A DNA stretch of 64,000 bases from the human T2T-CHM13v2.0 reference genome, Homo sapiens: the NCBI RefSeq assembly GCF_009914755.1, contig NC_060927.1; one strand, given 5' to 3'. This document shows, piece after piece, positions 34,727 through 48,922 of this stretch. The position numbers were made by a program, and so were the translations under genes. How positions within the stretch are numbered: position 1 is the stretch's first letter; each line of letters opens with the position of its first letter. The notes beneath the pieces were generated by a model. It made no database searches. It saw only the letters and a list, made by a program, of their open reading frames with translations, and was not told where the DNA came from.

Positions 34727-35158
34727 TAAAATCTTGATGAGTCAGGGGGTCCTCTCAAGAAATCCTCCTGAAGTCTAACCAGGGGGACTTAGAATAGTGA
34801 AAAATTGGGACAAAATGCTTACAGGAAGCCATAGAGCAGCCTTCAGAAGCAAGGAGTCAGGCCTCTGGGGAAGACATATGCCCTTTCCATTGGTTGCTAC
34901 TTTTTCCCCCACTTCTTTCTATCTATATCTTAACTTATAGGGCCACTTTGTATTCTACCCCCTCCAAGTTTTTTCTGGCAATTCTGACTGGAAGTTTTCC
35001 TTTTTCCCCTTTGAAGAGTACTTTATAATAATTTAAGAAGTATTTTTGAGCACATACTGCGGGCACCCTGCTCCAGACACGGAGGACACATGTTGAACAA
35101 GTGTATTCCTGATCTCTAGGAGTGGATGCACTGCCACTCATCACTAAGAGTCTCTGTG

Positions 35159-35498
35159 GGCTGGGCACAGTGGCTCATGCCTGTAATCCCAGCACTTTGG
35201 GAGGCTGAGGTGGGCAGATCATGAGGTTGAGAGTTCGAGAACAGCCTGGCCAACATGGTGAAACCCTATCTCTACTAAAAACACAAAAATTAGCAGGGCA
35301 TGGTGGCACTCACCTGTAGTATCAGCTACTCAGGAGGCTGAGGCAGGAGAATTGCTTGAACCTGGTTGGCGGAGGTTGCAGTGGGCCATGATCAAGCCAC
35401 TGCACTCCAGCCTGGGCGACACAGCAAGACTCCATCTCAACAACAACAAACAAAACAAAACAAACAAATAACAACAACAACAACAACAACAACAAAAA
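35159..35498 (+). mobile_element. Alu with (CAA)n tail
   Basis: Full dimer whose tail has become a CAA/CAAA microsatellite; aagagtctct flanks. Confidence 0.9.
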
Positions 35499-36608
35499 GA
35501 GTCTCTTTGGCCTCTCTTGGGCTAAGTGACTCGTGTGTTTGTCTTGCCTCTCCTTTAGGCAGGGTTTACTCTTCTATTCCCCAGAGCTTCTAAAGATCCT
35601 CTTTAGCTAAGAATTTGTTATCAGAGACCCCAGGGTTACCAAGTTGTTCAGAGGACATACAAATAGTGACTAAGGAACTTTAAAATGAGTCTTCCATTAC
35701 ACTTCTCAAGTTCTTACTTGCATCAATCCCCAGCCACCTCATGAACATCAGAGATTGTCCTAGATGATAAGCAAGTACTGCAAATACAATAGAAATGGAT
35801 CACAAAGTAAAATTAGAAATCTTAGAGAAGGTACAGGACTTCTTGAAGTCCGTGAAAGTGAGTTTAGAGAACAATTTGAATTCACACCCAAAATTGTAGA
35901 CAATTGAGGACCTAACAGAGTCATATTAGTTATTACCAGCAGGAGAGAGAAAATCAGTAAGGATGGTGGCATGATGGGTACTTCCCAAGTGAATGATTGG
36001 AATGTCAATGAATGAAGAAAGGACCTTGGGAAATATGAAAAACTTTTGAATATTTTACAAAAGTCAGTATGAAGTGAGAGATGTTAAATGATGCCATGAT
36101 TCAATTTTGTCAGAAAAATTATGCCAAAAAATCCACACTTAATTCACACCTTGTTCATTTAAAAATGAGAGCATAATTGCTATTTTAATTTAATTTTGTG
36201 AAATCTAAGATAGTTTTTCATTTTACAATTCTTAGTTTCTATGATAAAATTCCATCCAAATGCCCTGACCCCAATTATACTATGCTATTTTTGTCACCTT
36301 AAAAATGTGGATTCACTTTAAGTGGACTTTTTCTGGTATTAATTATCCTGATATAGAAAGAACTTTCAGTAATTCAGTAAAGCGATGGATTAATCAACAT
36401 CATTTTTCCAGAACCAATGACTAAGAACATTACAGGCAGAAAGGGGACAACTGGCTTTATTGACTCTTAGGCGGAACACAAGGGGCCATAGAACCAGCCA
36501 GATTTCTCTGGGAACGGAGTTGCCTAGTCCAGCTAGGAGGTAATTTTGGGATAAGCATGCTTAAGACCTTAAAAGGGAACTCTTAAGGCTCCAAAGGAAG
36601 TTGCTTAC

Positions 36609-37486
36609 CCACAAAGCACCAGACCGCAAACCGGATCCATGTGATGGTGGAGAGCTTTAGCATGAGATAGATGTTCACCAGCATGGCAAAGGCAGGCACA
36701 AAGGGGAGGCAAGGGGCCATGTAGGGCAGCTTCTTGGGGTTCTCTGGCTGCTGCAGGATCACAAACACCAGGGTGCTGATCAGCAGCACCATCAGAACAA
36801 CCAGAAGGATGGCCCACCAGCTCTGCTCTGAGATGTAGTCAGAACCAAAGATGATGAAGGAGCAGAAGATGAACATGAGGATGAAGAGCAGGAGCACGCA
36901 GATGGTCACCGTGTGCCCCGTCGCTGCTGTGGGCCGGTCCATTTTGCCTGGAAGGCCCAGCCGGATTCTCATGGTGTAATAATGAGGCCCAATCAGCTTC
37001 TTTAACTTGATGAGATAAATATTTTCGGATTCATCAGCTTCTATGCCTGTGGTCATGTCCACGGTGCCGTAATTGGGGTGGTTGACGTTGTAGGTTGACT
37101 TGTCTGATTTCCCTATGAGCATCTCATTGTCTCCCAAGGATGGTAAGTTCTTGGCCCCACATGTGTTGGTGGCTGGGCCAGAAAACTCATCCCCCTCACT
37201 CACAGGAGAACAAGCTTCCTTCTCACAGTCAGCCAGAATGCCCTCCTTCTTCTTGGTGTGCTCCTCAGACAAGAACTTGACAAAACCATCAATGTCACTC
37301 TCAGGTTGGTATCGAAGGAGCAAGACACAGACAGAGACCAAGGTGTAGGCCAGGAGCGTGCCGATAGACATCATCTCTATCAGGTCTCTCAAGCTGACCA
37401 ACAGTGCGAGGAGCGCTGCCAGGAACCCCGACACGATGCAGGCCACCACTGGTGTCTCTGTGTAGGAGCTGACGTGAGCCAGGAAC
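36609..37486 (-). CDS. SLC7A14: SLC7A14 coding exon (exon 7), 878 nt
   Basis: FLAHVSSYTETPVVACIVSG...LLRYQP, a long acidic loop, then hydrophobic helices to ITWIRFAVWCFV. Acceptor ctccag|G, donor G|gtaagc. Confidence 0.97.
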
Positions 37487-37680
37487 CTGGAGGGGCCGGG
37501 CAAGCAGAGGGTTAATGGTGAGCTACAGTGACCGATTCCAGTGCAGCCAACATAGGGAGCTAGAACTATCAATAGGCTGGTGTGATTAACTCCTCCTGGT
37601 CCTGCTCCACCAATTTACTTCTGCATTCACTACTTTAAATCCAGCTGCTATTCCTACCCCAGGATTTGGTATATAATTAA

Positions 37681-38015
<335 letters not shown>

Positions 38016-39633
38016 AGACTAGTTCTTTGATTTTAAGGCAAAGTTCTTTAGTAAAGTTCCTAATCATTATGTAATGGGAAGGGTTGATTGAACCTAGGAG
38101 GTCTGTCTTTCAGAAACCTAGATTGAAGCCCAGGCTCTGCGTGAAAAAGTGATGGTTGGAGGAAGTCATGGACCTGCTTGGGGGTCCTCCTGACCTGTGA
38201 ACTAGCATCTTAGCATTCTCTTGGAGCTTGTTAGAAATGTATATTCTCAGGTTTCACCCAATAACTACTATACCAGAATCATAGTAGGGTGAGGCCTAGC
38301 AAACTGCTTTAAAAGACCTCCAGAGGATTCTGATTTATGCCAAAGCTTGAGACACCACCTATAACAAAAGTTCATGGGTTTAGTTGGCAAAATAGCACAG
38401 TAATTGAGAAACTGTGCTCGTAGATACAGATTTATGTCCAGCTAGTTACTGACTGAAGAAGAGACCAAGAAGAGCGACTGAATGGCACGTGCAATAGGCT
38501 CCCTCTCCTCTCCCCTCTCCTCCTGGTCCCTTATTTTTATGGTTCACACAAGACTGTAAATGTGTTTGAAGCCCCAGTATCTTTCCTGTTAGTTTCTTTG
38601 ACAGCAGAAAAATCTTTTGGATGTGTGAAGTTCCCACGCCTCCATCACCCTAGGCCCCTCTTGATCTGTTCGGCAACCTAATCACAGCAGCTCTGATCTG
38701 GTGATGGCTTCAGAGAGTATGCAGGGGAAATGAGTCAGAAGATGATGTCTGCAGAGACAAAGTCCCTGAACCGGCCCCCTCTGCACACCTGAGAGCTCCT
38801 TGGCCTCCACGGTTTACTCCTTGCTTTGTGCACTTGAAGAATGCCTTCTCAGCAGGCCCCTCATGCTGGAAACAAAGGGCTGGGGCCACATCCCCTTTGT
38901 ACCATGGGCAGATGGGCCACTTCATGGCCAATGTAGGGGGCAAGAACTGCCAATATATTGGTGTGGTTAAAAGTCTGATTTTTGGAGTCGGATGTTCTGG
39001 GATCAAATCCTGACCTGCCACTCAGTAGCTGAGGGATTTGTGGCAATTTTGTTTCACCTCTCTGAGTCCTAGTAGACTTCATATGCAAAATAGAGTTACT
39101 GTGAGGACTAAATGGGATACTGTATACACAGCACCCAGGACACACAAATGTTCAATAAATGGCAGCTGGTGTTGCAGGTATTGTTAGGATCTGTTCAGAG
39201 GGTCTTATCTACTCTTTGTTGACTTTTTTTTTTTTTCATTTTCAGAGGGGCTGTGGAGAGAGGGGCAGTTACCAGGCCTCAATGTGAGGGCAGGCCTAAG
39301 ATGTCCCTAGGATGGTTCTTCCTTCTGGAGGCCACCCAGTACAGCAGTTTGGCCCCATCATCTTCACAAAGGAGCACGCAATGTCGACAGGAGGGAGGAC
39401 AGTGGGGGGACACACATCAGCTTGTGCTGGATTAAGGGACTGCAGAGTTAAACTAGGGGCTGCTTCAGGGCCTGAGCTCTGTTACTCAGACTTTTCTTCA
39501 GGATACATAACAAGGTCCACAGTCCATGTGAAAGGCACTGATGTCAAAATCACAGTCAGTCTGACAGTGGGTAGACATTCTCCCTGGACAGACGTGGCAG
39601 AGCAGGATAAATTTCATGGAGCATAGCCCTTAC

Positions 39634-39842
39634 CTGAAAAGGAGCCCGTCACCAGCCATGGCATAAATGACCCTCGGCATCGGGAAGAGGGACCCCAGCA
39701 AGCTGACTGTCAGTCCTGCAACCGACCCAATGGCCACTACGAATTTGGCAGCATAGAACCCATGAGCCACAAACATCTCCATGAGTGGGGATTCCGTGTC
39801 AATGGTATAATATGGCACCATCAGAGTTAAGATCACGCTCAC
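39634..39842 (-). CDS. SLC7A14: SLC7A14 coding exon (exon 6), 209 nt
   Basis: [12 protein letters not shown]...[20 protein letters not shown]. Acceptor ttaacag|GTG, donor AG|gtaagg. Confidence 0.97.
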
Positions 39843-42541
39843 CTGTTAAAACAAGAGAAGACAGGGCTGGAGGTACAGGGGAAGAACAGCATGGATAGAG
39901 GCCCCACGGGAGAGGAAAGAGCCCTGCCCCTGGAGGCAGAGGCTTGCATGGCAGTTTGGATCCATTCACTTGCTGGCATGTGCCTTTACTGTAGACCAGT
40001 CATCTGGCCTCTAGGCCTTGCTCAATATTATTTCCCCACATGTGAATTTAGTGGACTGGGCCAGAAACTCTCTATCTCTCTGGTCCTTTGATATCTGAGG
40101 AGTAAGTCTGCAGGTATTTCAGCCCCATGAGCAGAGCTATGCTAACAGTTCAGTGGAGAGCAGATATTTCCGGAAGGAAGGAGCTGCAGCCAATGCCCTG
40201 CAACCAGGGCCTGGCAGGGACCATGAGCACCCTGCCCACGTGGACAAGACTCTCATTTCTCTTCTGCTTTCTGGTCCTACAGGGTTTTATCCGTACTCCC
40301 TCTCACTGTGAAACACCAGAGATAAAATCTCCAAAGATAAGTGCTTAAGAGGTCTATAGCCTATTAACTGTTGGGACCCAGATAAGGACTCATATTTCTA
40401 TTTCCTTTCTCTAGCTTAGTCCTAGGATCCAGGCAGGCCAACAGACAAATGATGGCATCAGGACAGAATCAAGTCCTACTGATTATATGGCTGTCAGACA
40501 ACTATGGCTTTGCTTAATCAGGAATCATTTACTGTGTGTGCTATAAGGGTCCACCCCCAGAGAAGAGGGAGATGCGAGGGAGGAGCAGAAGAGGAAATAG
40601 AGAGCAGAATGTCTTTGCTATTCCCTCTACCCTACCACCCCTCCTTCAACACTCTGCCTACGGGGAGAAATCAGGGTATGGACAGGACAAAGCCACTGGC
40701 ATGCATGTGCATCGGGGAGGTGATAAGCACTTAACTGGGGGCTCCCAGGACCTACTCCCCTCGCATATTATTGATCTGCCTAACATCCCTGCCTTCAGAA
40801 TTGGCCATAGGCAATGGAGCCACCAGTCATATGGCCAGATATGGGGGGCCCCCCAGGCCTATGAAGGCCAAATTGACATCAAGAAGGGATTCAAAGCCTG
40901 AAGGAAAGAGGGTGGTCACATGTAGACCATTTCTTTGCCTATTCCTCTGGAGCCAAGATCCTCCAGTGGAGCCAAGGGCCACCAAGGAGGACAGGATGTC
41001 CTAGCAAAGCCCAGCAACCTCGTTCTTCTCATGGTGGGGGAGGGGCTGCCTGCTGACCAGTACAAGACCAAACAGCTCCTAGGGCGTGTTTAAGGCCTGT
41101 GCAGTATGAAAGAGAATGTTTCCTAGTAACATAACCACTTGCAATATTTCCTCTGGGGATGGGGCAGGGTGGGCTGGAGGAGAGTGGGATTGAGCCTCCT
41201 CCAGCTTCAGGGAGTCTCCTGAGTTAGATCAGGATGGGTAAAAAGTTGGTGGATCATAGAAGTACTCTGTGGTCTATAAAGTGCTATTCTAAGGAGGGCA
41301 CTGTGATGATTGACTTTATTGTGTGTGATAAGGGCCCACTCCTGGAGGAAGGGCGGGAATGAAGGAGGAGTAGAAGGGGAAATGCAGAGTGTCCTTGCTG
41401 TTCCTTCTGCCCCGCAACCCCTCCCTCAACATTCTGCCCACTGGGATAATCAGGGTATGTATGGACACGATGAAACCCCTTGCATGTGTGTGCTAGTGGG
41501 AGGTGATAATTGAGGCACCCATAAAACCTCTGGGTAGGCAGCTGAATGTCTGTAAACGACCCTCAAGTTTGCCCTGTGTTTTTCTCTGGCTTCTAGAACA
41601 ATCCTGTTTGCAGCTTGCCTTAATGATCAATTGGTCTGGCTTCCTTAGCTAGTTGCTAAAGATGTCTTTTTTGGGAAAGAGAAACAGCAGGGCTGATCAG
41701 CAGCAGCACCCCCCACTGCCAGCTCTTTCCTAATTGTGGTGACCCAAGTGAGTGCGCCCCTCAGGACCTGAGAATGTTTGTGGAACCACACACTTCCTGG
41801 CCTGTGAGCCAATTTTCTCCATTGCCAGGGGCAGAGGGGGATGTTGGATGCAGCTGGGCTATTTCTGTGATAGAAATTCTGGGATGGGAGCTCCGAGAGC
41901 AAGCATCAGAGCATGAGGAGTGTCTCAGGGGCGTGATCCTGAGGAAGACAAGGCTGAAGTCTTTATCCTGAGGCTCCCCTAGGTAGGGATACCTGAAGGT
42001 GAATTTGAGCTGGTGTAACAAGAGGGAGCAACAGCTGAAAGAAATGGCACTTTCCTCCCCAGATTTAAGGGGAAGAGAGTTTGTAGAGGACAATGTATTC
42101 TCTCTCCCCGCTGTGCAGGGAGCCTCGCCTCTTTGCTGCCGGGAAGCTCCCAGAAGACAGAAGAGCATTGAGGAAAGTGCACAGAGGCCCACAATGCCTT
42201 TGCTTGCACATCCACCCGTTACTGCCAGCCTATGACCTGAGCTCCTTGGATGGCAGCCCATTCCCTGCACACCAGCCCCTGGGGCAGCAGCAGACACCAA
42301 GAGCTTGTGAGGATGGAGGGGTGGGAATGAAGGCCAAGGCTGAAGTGAAGTCCTGGGGCTTCTCCTCTTCTTCAGTTTGGAGTCCTAATTTTTTTCTTGT
42401 CATGGGGAGTGGGGAATGGGGCTACAGGGGACAAAAGACAGACACCAAGAAGACATAGGAAAGGACTCCTTCCTGACAGAGAAGGGAGCTCAGTGCCAGG
42501 GCCACATCGTGAGGAGGGTCCCGCAAGCATCTGGTACTTAC

Positions 42542-42688
42542 AGACACATATGCTGTCAGGCAGATGACCAGGGAGGCAGTGATAGCATAAGGGATGGACG
42601 TGTTGGGATTCTTGGCTTCCTCTCCAGTGGTGGCGATGATGTCAAAGCCAATGAAAGCGTAGAAGCATGTTGCTGCTCCTTGCAGCAC
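42542..42688 (-). CDS. SLC7A14: SLC7A14 coding exon (exon 5), 147 nt, phase 0-0
   Basis: [28 protein letters not shown]..., containing the GFD motif of CAT transporters. Acceptor acacag|GTG, donor TCT|gtaagt. Confidence 0.97.
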
Positions 42689-42911
42689 CTGTGTGGATGA
42701 TGGCATTTGTCAGACTCAGAAGATCGGGGTGGCACCTGGGTCTTAAATGTGGAAAGTGCAATTGCTCTATGCCCTGCAGACATGACTGAGTGGCTGAGGG
42801 AGTAACATGGTGGAACTCGTGCTAAACACGCAGGTTCTGATCTCCTCTACTTTCTAGCTGTGTGGCTGTGGGCAACTCTCTTATGATGTGTAAATAGAGA
42901 TAAGAAGAATT

Positions 42912-43235
<324 letters not shown>

Positions 43236-44068
43236 TCAGATACTTCTGCATAAGGAAGAATTATCCTACTTAAATTACTGTTAGTACCCCTGACAGATCA
43301 GCTCTATGGTAACTTCCAGATCTAAAATGATATAAAAGATTTTCAGATCTTCAGACATTCTATTGTCTTCACTGGGAAGACATGGTAAAGACAGTTTATT
43401 TGTTGCTCCTTTTGGGGCTTGAGTAACCTAGTTGGGCACGAGGCAGGAGGTCAGAGTAAAGCTGGGGGATGGTATCCGCTCACATCTGCTGGCAGTCTGT
43501 CTGCCAGGAGTCCACATGGCTCCAGGGGTGTTTGGGAATGTATTATATATGTCAAAATGTCAGTGAAAACCTTCCATTGAAGAGTGGCTACTTTCTTTGA
43601 AAGAACCTATTGAAGTTTAAATGAGGGTTCCCCACCTCAGTATTTTCATTGTTAGCTCTAAGTAAAAAAGTGCCTCTTTGAATGCTTAGGGACGTCCTTT
43701 TAGAAGGTGAGAGATATTTTTGGACTTGTGTGTATGGGGTGAGGGAAAAAGAAGCAAGCCCTAGCCAGTGGTCCAGGAGGTGAGACCCATTGCAGACTGG
43801 ACCATTTTATTTTTCTTTTCTCCACATTCAGTTTATAAATGATGGAAATCAAAACGTGTGCCAAGCTGACACTTGTCCAAAATTGTCACTCTTACTTTCC
43901 TCACTGACTTCTCAATAAGACCAAATATGAAATACTAGAACCTGTAAGGTACATCACAAAATTAAAGATCTTCTCAAACCTTCAGAAGCAAACTTTGCTC
44001 ATCTGTAAAATGAGCTGGTGTTTCCTACCGTTTCTCTCAGCTAGGATTCTAATGTTTCAACCCTCTAC

Positions 44069-44553
44069 TCTGGGGTTCTTATCCTGGAGGCCATGGAATT
44101 CAGGGCATCTAAAAATTTTGCTGGTAAAGAATTGCATATGTTTTTCACTACCTTCTAGTTGAATTAGCATTTCTTTCAGTTATGAATGTAGGTGACAAAC
44201 TAACAATACCTGTGCCTGTGTCACCAATAGCAATCAGATATTTTCACTTCATATGAGAGTTGTTGCAGAGATCTTGAAATATCACTTATGCTTATTACTT
44301 CTTTCAGATTATGATAGTTATTACACATAGAGGTTAACATATAAATCCCTAATAGAGAAGCACATTGTTACTAGATTACAATATAAAAATAAAATAAAAT
44401 TAAAAATACTTAATACTACATTTCAATATAATTGATTTCCTTTGAATTCGTGTGTAATTAGGCTATTCATTTAAAATCACAATTCTCATAAGGGATCCAC
44501 AGGCTTCATCAAACATCCAGGTGGTCCATGGCACAAGAAAATTTAAAAACTCC
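44069..44553. mobile_element. hAT-Charlie-type DNA transposon fossil
   Basis: ctggggttcttatcctgg...aaaaactcctg ends and AT-rich interior typical of Charlie/MER elements. Confidence 0.45.
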
Positions 44554-44872
44554 TGGTCTATTCTAATAAGTCAGGTAGAAAGAACTTCTAAAATACAAGC
44601 AGTTCCATCTCTAGATGGCTACTTTCCAGAAGAAAAGAGAACTCCTGCTTTCCCTACAGCAAAGTTTTTCATACAGTGGTGTGGAAAACGTCTTTGGCCT
44701 CCAGACAAGGAGGGAAAATAGATCTCACCTCATCATACATGGAGGTTCACAGGCTTGGAAATGTGCTTGTTTTCACTTATCTAGAAAATATTACTGGTCT
44801 TCAAGGATGAACGGATGCTAGACTGCTGGCTCACTAAGTAGTCCTGATCAAGAAAAGTCTCACTTTAAGATA

Positions 44873-46560
44873 GTTCCTTCATTTTTGACAAAGGTGCCAA
44901 GAACATTCACTGGGGAAAAGACAGTCTCTTCAGTAGATAGTGCTGAGAAAACTGGATATCCATAGGCAGAAGAATGAAACTAGACCTTTATCTCTCATCA
45001 TCTACAAAAATCAAATCAAAATATATTGAAGACTTAAATCTAAGATCTCAAACTATGAAACTACCACAAGAAAACATTGGGGGAAAATCTTCAGGACATT
45101 GGTCTGGGCAAAAATTTCTTGAGCAATACCCCACAAGCACAGGCAACCCAATAAAAACAGAGTTATTCTACACGTTCAAGTCCTTTGTGGAAATAAGCGG
45201 GGTTATAAATAAATCAGTATGTTGGCTATCTCTATATCTTAGGGAACTCATTCACCTTTTTGTACTTTGTTTTCATCCAACGTTTTCAAACGCAATCATA
45301 GGCTGTAAGACTACCCCTAGGGGATGTTTGGAAAGATGTTTGGAAAATCTCCAGGACACTGGTCTGGGCAAACATTTCTTGAGCAATACCCCACAAGCAC
45401 AGGCAGCCAAAGCAAAAATGGACAAATGGAATCACATCAAGTTAAAAAGCTTCTGCACAGCCAAGGATACAACCAACAAAGTGAAGAGACAACCCACAGA
45501 ATAGGAGAAAATATCTGTAAACTACCCATCTGACAAGGGATTAATAACCAGAATATATAAGGAGCTCAAACAACTCTATAGGAAAAAATCTAATAATCTG
45601 ATTTAAAAAATGGGCAAAAGATTTGAATAGACATTTCTCAAAAGAAGACATACAGAGGGCAAACAGGCATTGATAATCAGATAAATGAAAATCACAACTA
45701 TAATCAGATATTATCTCACCTCACTTAAAATGGCTTATATCCAAAAGACAGGCAATAATAAATGCTGGCAAGGATGTGGAGAAAAGGGAACACTCGTACA
45801 CTGTTTTTGGGAATGTAAATTAGTACAGGCACTATGGAGAAGAGTTTAGAGGTTTCTCAAACAACTGAAAATTGGGCTACCATATGTTCCAGCAATCCCA
45901 CTGCTGGGTATATACCCAAAAGAAAGGGAATCAGCGTATTGAAGAGATATCTGCATTCCTATGTTTGTTGCAACACTGTTTACAATAGCTAAGATTTGGA
46001 AGCAACTTAAGTGTCCATCAACAGATGAATGGATAAAGAAAATGTGGGACATATACACAATTGAGTACTATGCAGCCATAAAAAAGAATGAGATCCAGTC
46101 ATTTCCAACAACATGGATGGAACTGAAGATCTTTATGTTAAGCAAAATAAATCAGGCATGGAAAGACAAACATTGCACATTCTCACTTATTTGTGGGATC
46201 TAAAAATAAAAACAATTGAACTCATGGACACAGAGAGTAGAAGGATGGTTATCAGAGGCTGGGAAGGATAGTTGGGGGCTGGACGGGGGGAGGTGGGGAT
46301 GGTTAATGGGTACAAAAAAAGTAGAAAGAATGAGTAAGACCTACTATTAGATAACATAACAGGGTGACTATAGTCAGTAATAATTGTACATTTTAAAATA
46401 ACTTAAAGAGTGTAATTGGATTGGTTATAACTCAAAGGATAAATGCTTGAGGAGATGGACACCCCATTCTCCACGATGTGCTTATTTCACATTGCATGCC
46501 TCTATCAAAACATCTCATGTACCCCATAAATATATACACGTACTAAGTACCCACAAAACA
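44873..46560 (+). mobile_element. Old L1 (L1MA/L1PB-like) 3' portion with internal insertion and duplication
   Basis: ORF2 C-terminal peptides ([21 protein letters not shown]; [29 protein letters not shown]) followed by an L1 3' UTR. Confidence 0.92.
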
Positions 46561-46616
46561 AACCCAGAAAAACAGGTCCTGCTTTCTCTTCCTTTAACAT
46601 TTATTCTTCCCTTCTA

Positions 46617-46738
46617 CACACACAGACACATATATGTACACACATAAACATGCACACACATGCAAATACATATAAACACAGATAAACACACATACATACA
46701 CATGCAAACACATATACATACATATACATGCATACATA
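46617..46738. repeat. Degenerate (CA/TA)n simple repeat
   Basis: cacacagacacatatatgtacacac... low-complexity run. Confidence 0.85.
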
Positions 46739-46809
46739 CCCTCCTCTTGTAAATCATTTAGTGACTTGGCACAACAACCATATAAATTTGGGCAAAGCAA
46801 TCTTAGAAA

Positions 46810-46925
46810 AAGGTGAGAGGTTTGTGAACCATGCCACGTAAGGAAGAACTGGGGACCTGGGGATGTTTAACTTGAAGAGCAGAAGACTCAGTGGAAGATG
46901 AAGAGGACACCTTTAAATATGTGCA
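46810..46925 (+). mobile_element. L3/CR1 fragment
   Basis: gacctggggatgtttaacttgaagagcagaagactcagtgga resembles the CR1 ORF2 motif ELGLFSLEKRRLRGD. Confidence 0.55.
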
Positions 46926-48669
46926 GTACCGGCAGTTGGAGTCAATGTGATGTCCACTGTAGGCTTCAGAGGAAATCCTAGGGCCACACACATGGGAGTG
47001 ACTGGCTTTAGTTAGGAGCATAGACTTTGTAGACTGTCAGGCCCAGGTTGATTCTGCCACATATTAGCTTGGTGACCTAGAACAAGTTCTTAACCTCTTG
47101 GAGCCTAAGTTTCATTCTTACTTAAATGGAGATAATAATAGCACTTAGCTCATAGTGTTGTTACAAGGATAAAATGAGATAATAGAGTAAACTGCAGTCC
47201 TATAATACAGTAGGTGCTCAGTAAATATTAGCTCTTACCACCAGTATTATTATTACAATTCTAAGTTTTTCTAGAGCAGTTGACACCCAAGGGCACAAAC
47301 TCCTCCTCCTTCTCTCCTCCTTCTACTCCCCTACCTTCCTCCTTTTAGAACTTGACTTGTGTGTACTAAGTGCTACCATGTGCCAGGCACTGTGCTTAGT
47401 GATGGGGATATAGTCATGAGCAAGTACCCAGCTTGATTTTACAGAGATTGAGTCTAGAGGATACTGTAAGATCCGAAATGCATTCTTGATTATGGTAACA
47501 AACTCAACAAGATTAATAAGCATCTATATTATTCATGAAACAGAAATGCTACTTTCCTCTAAATGAACAAGAGAAGGGATGGCAATTACTGATAATGATT
47601 AGCTATTAGAAAGTTAATTATGATCAAGTAGGGAAAAGAGGAAGTAAACTTGCAAAGAGGATGTCTCTTAGCCTGCATTTGCATATGTAGAACTAGAAAG
47701 CAAGTACAGTTGGAGAAAGACTGGACAGATCAAAGGCAGGACATGTGGAGGTTCTACCACATTAGGCAGTCAAGATAATTTATTAATAACGCAGATGATT
47801 CAAACAAAATTTCAATGAGGGACTATAGGCAGGTCTGGGGAGTATTTAGGCAGGGTTAAGGGAGGTGTCTAGGGATGCTGAGGCATCAGAGACTTAGCAA
47901 CACTGAGAAGCTCTCATCCTGAGGCCTAAGTGTAGGGGGTGGAATGGTGTCCTGGAGTCCGGTGGGAGCTGGAGGTATGGGGCAGAGATTCCTAGAAGTA
48001 GCGGCCTTGTGGAGGCACAGCCAGTGTGGTGCCAAGGTTGGGAGGCAGCGAGGAAGAAATACTCTGGCCTTGCTTTCTTCTCGCCTTCTGACTTGATAGT
48101 ATTTCCCACTGGCTAAATTCAACAGGAAGCAACCTGGAGCAGAGAACAGGGCATGAAGGGTGGAGAATAGGTCTGGGGAGCGGAGGCAAATGGAGAAGAA
48201 AGACCAACACACCTACCAGGGTCAAACCAAACTTGGCCTAACAAGACATAGATGAAATAAACAGATTATTAAAGAGAAGATAGAAAATTAGCAAAAAGGG
48301 TCATCTTTTTACTTGAGTTGGTTTGAATGAGCTTTTCTTCCTTGCAAGCAAATGGTCCCTGGTTGGTAAATACAAAGACCCATGAAATGAAACTGTATAT
48401 GGGTGTCTCTACCCAAAGAACCACTGAAACCGTTTTCTACGTCACTCTATCCAGATCTCAGATCTGACCACTGGTGTTTATAATTAGGATAGACTTCCAT
48501 GCATAAAAGCACATGTGCAGTACCTAGGGGTGAGCATCTGTGAATAAAATTGGTGGGTGAAATATGTGTATGTGTGTTCGTGTGCAAGTGTATGTGTATT
48601 TCTGGGTTTATTGGTATGTTATCCTAACTCTTTGCTTTAATGTTTTGCAAAATTAAAAAATAGTATTGA

Positions 48670-48922
<253 letters not shown>

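Noticed and set aside
37487-37572. N-terminal extension of the 329-aa ORF (similarly 23683-23944, 55205-55283 and 57667-57718)
   Set aside because: These are intronic read-through upstream of clear AG acceptors, not independent coding starts.
44974-45504. 176-aa plus-strand ORF
   Set aside because: It is a chance chimera of L1 ORF2 remnants and the internal insertion, with no sign of an independent gene.
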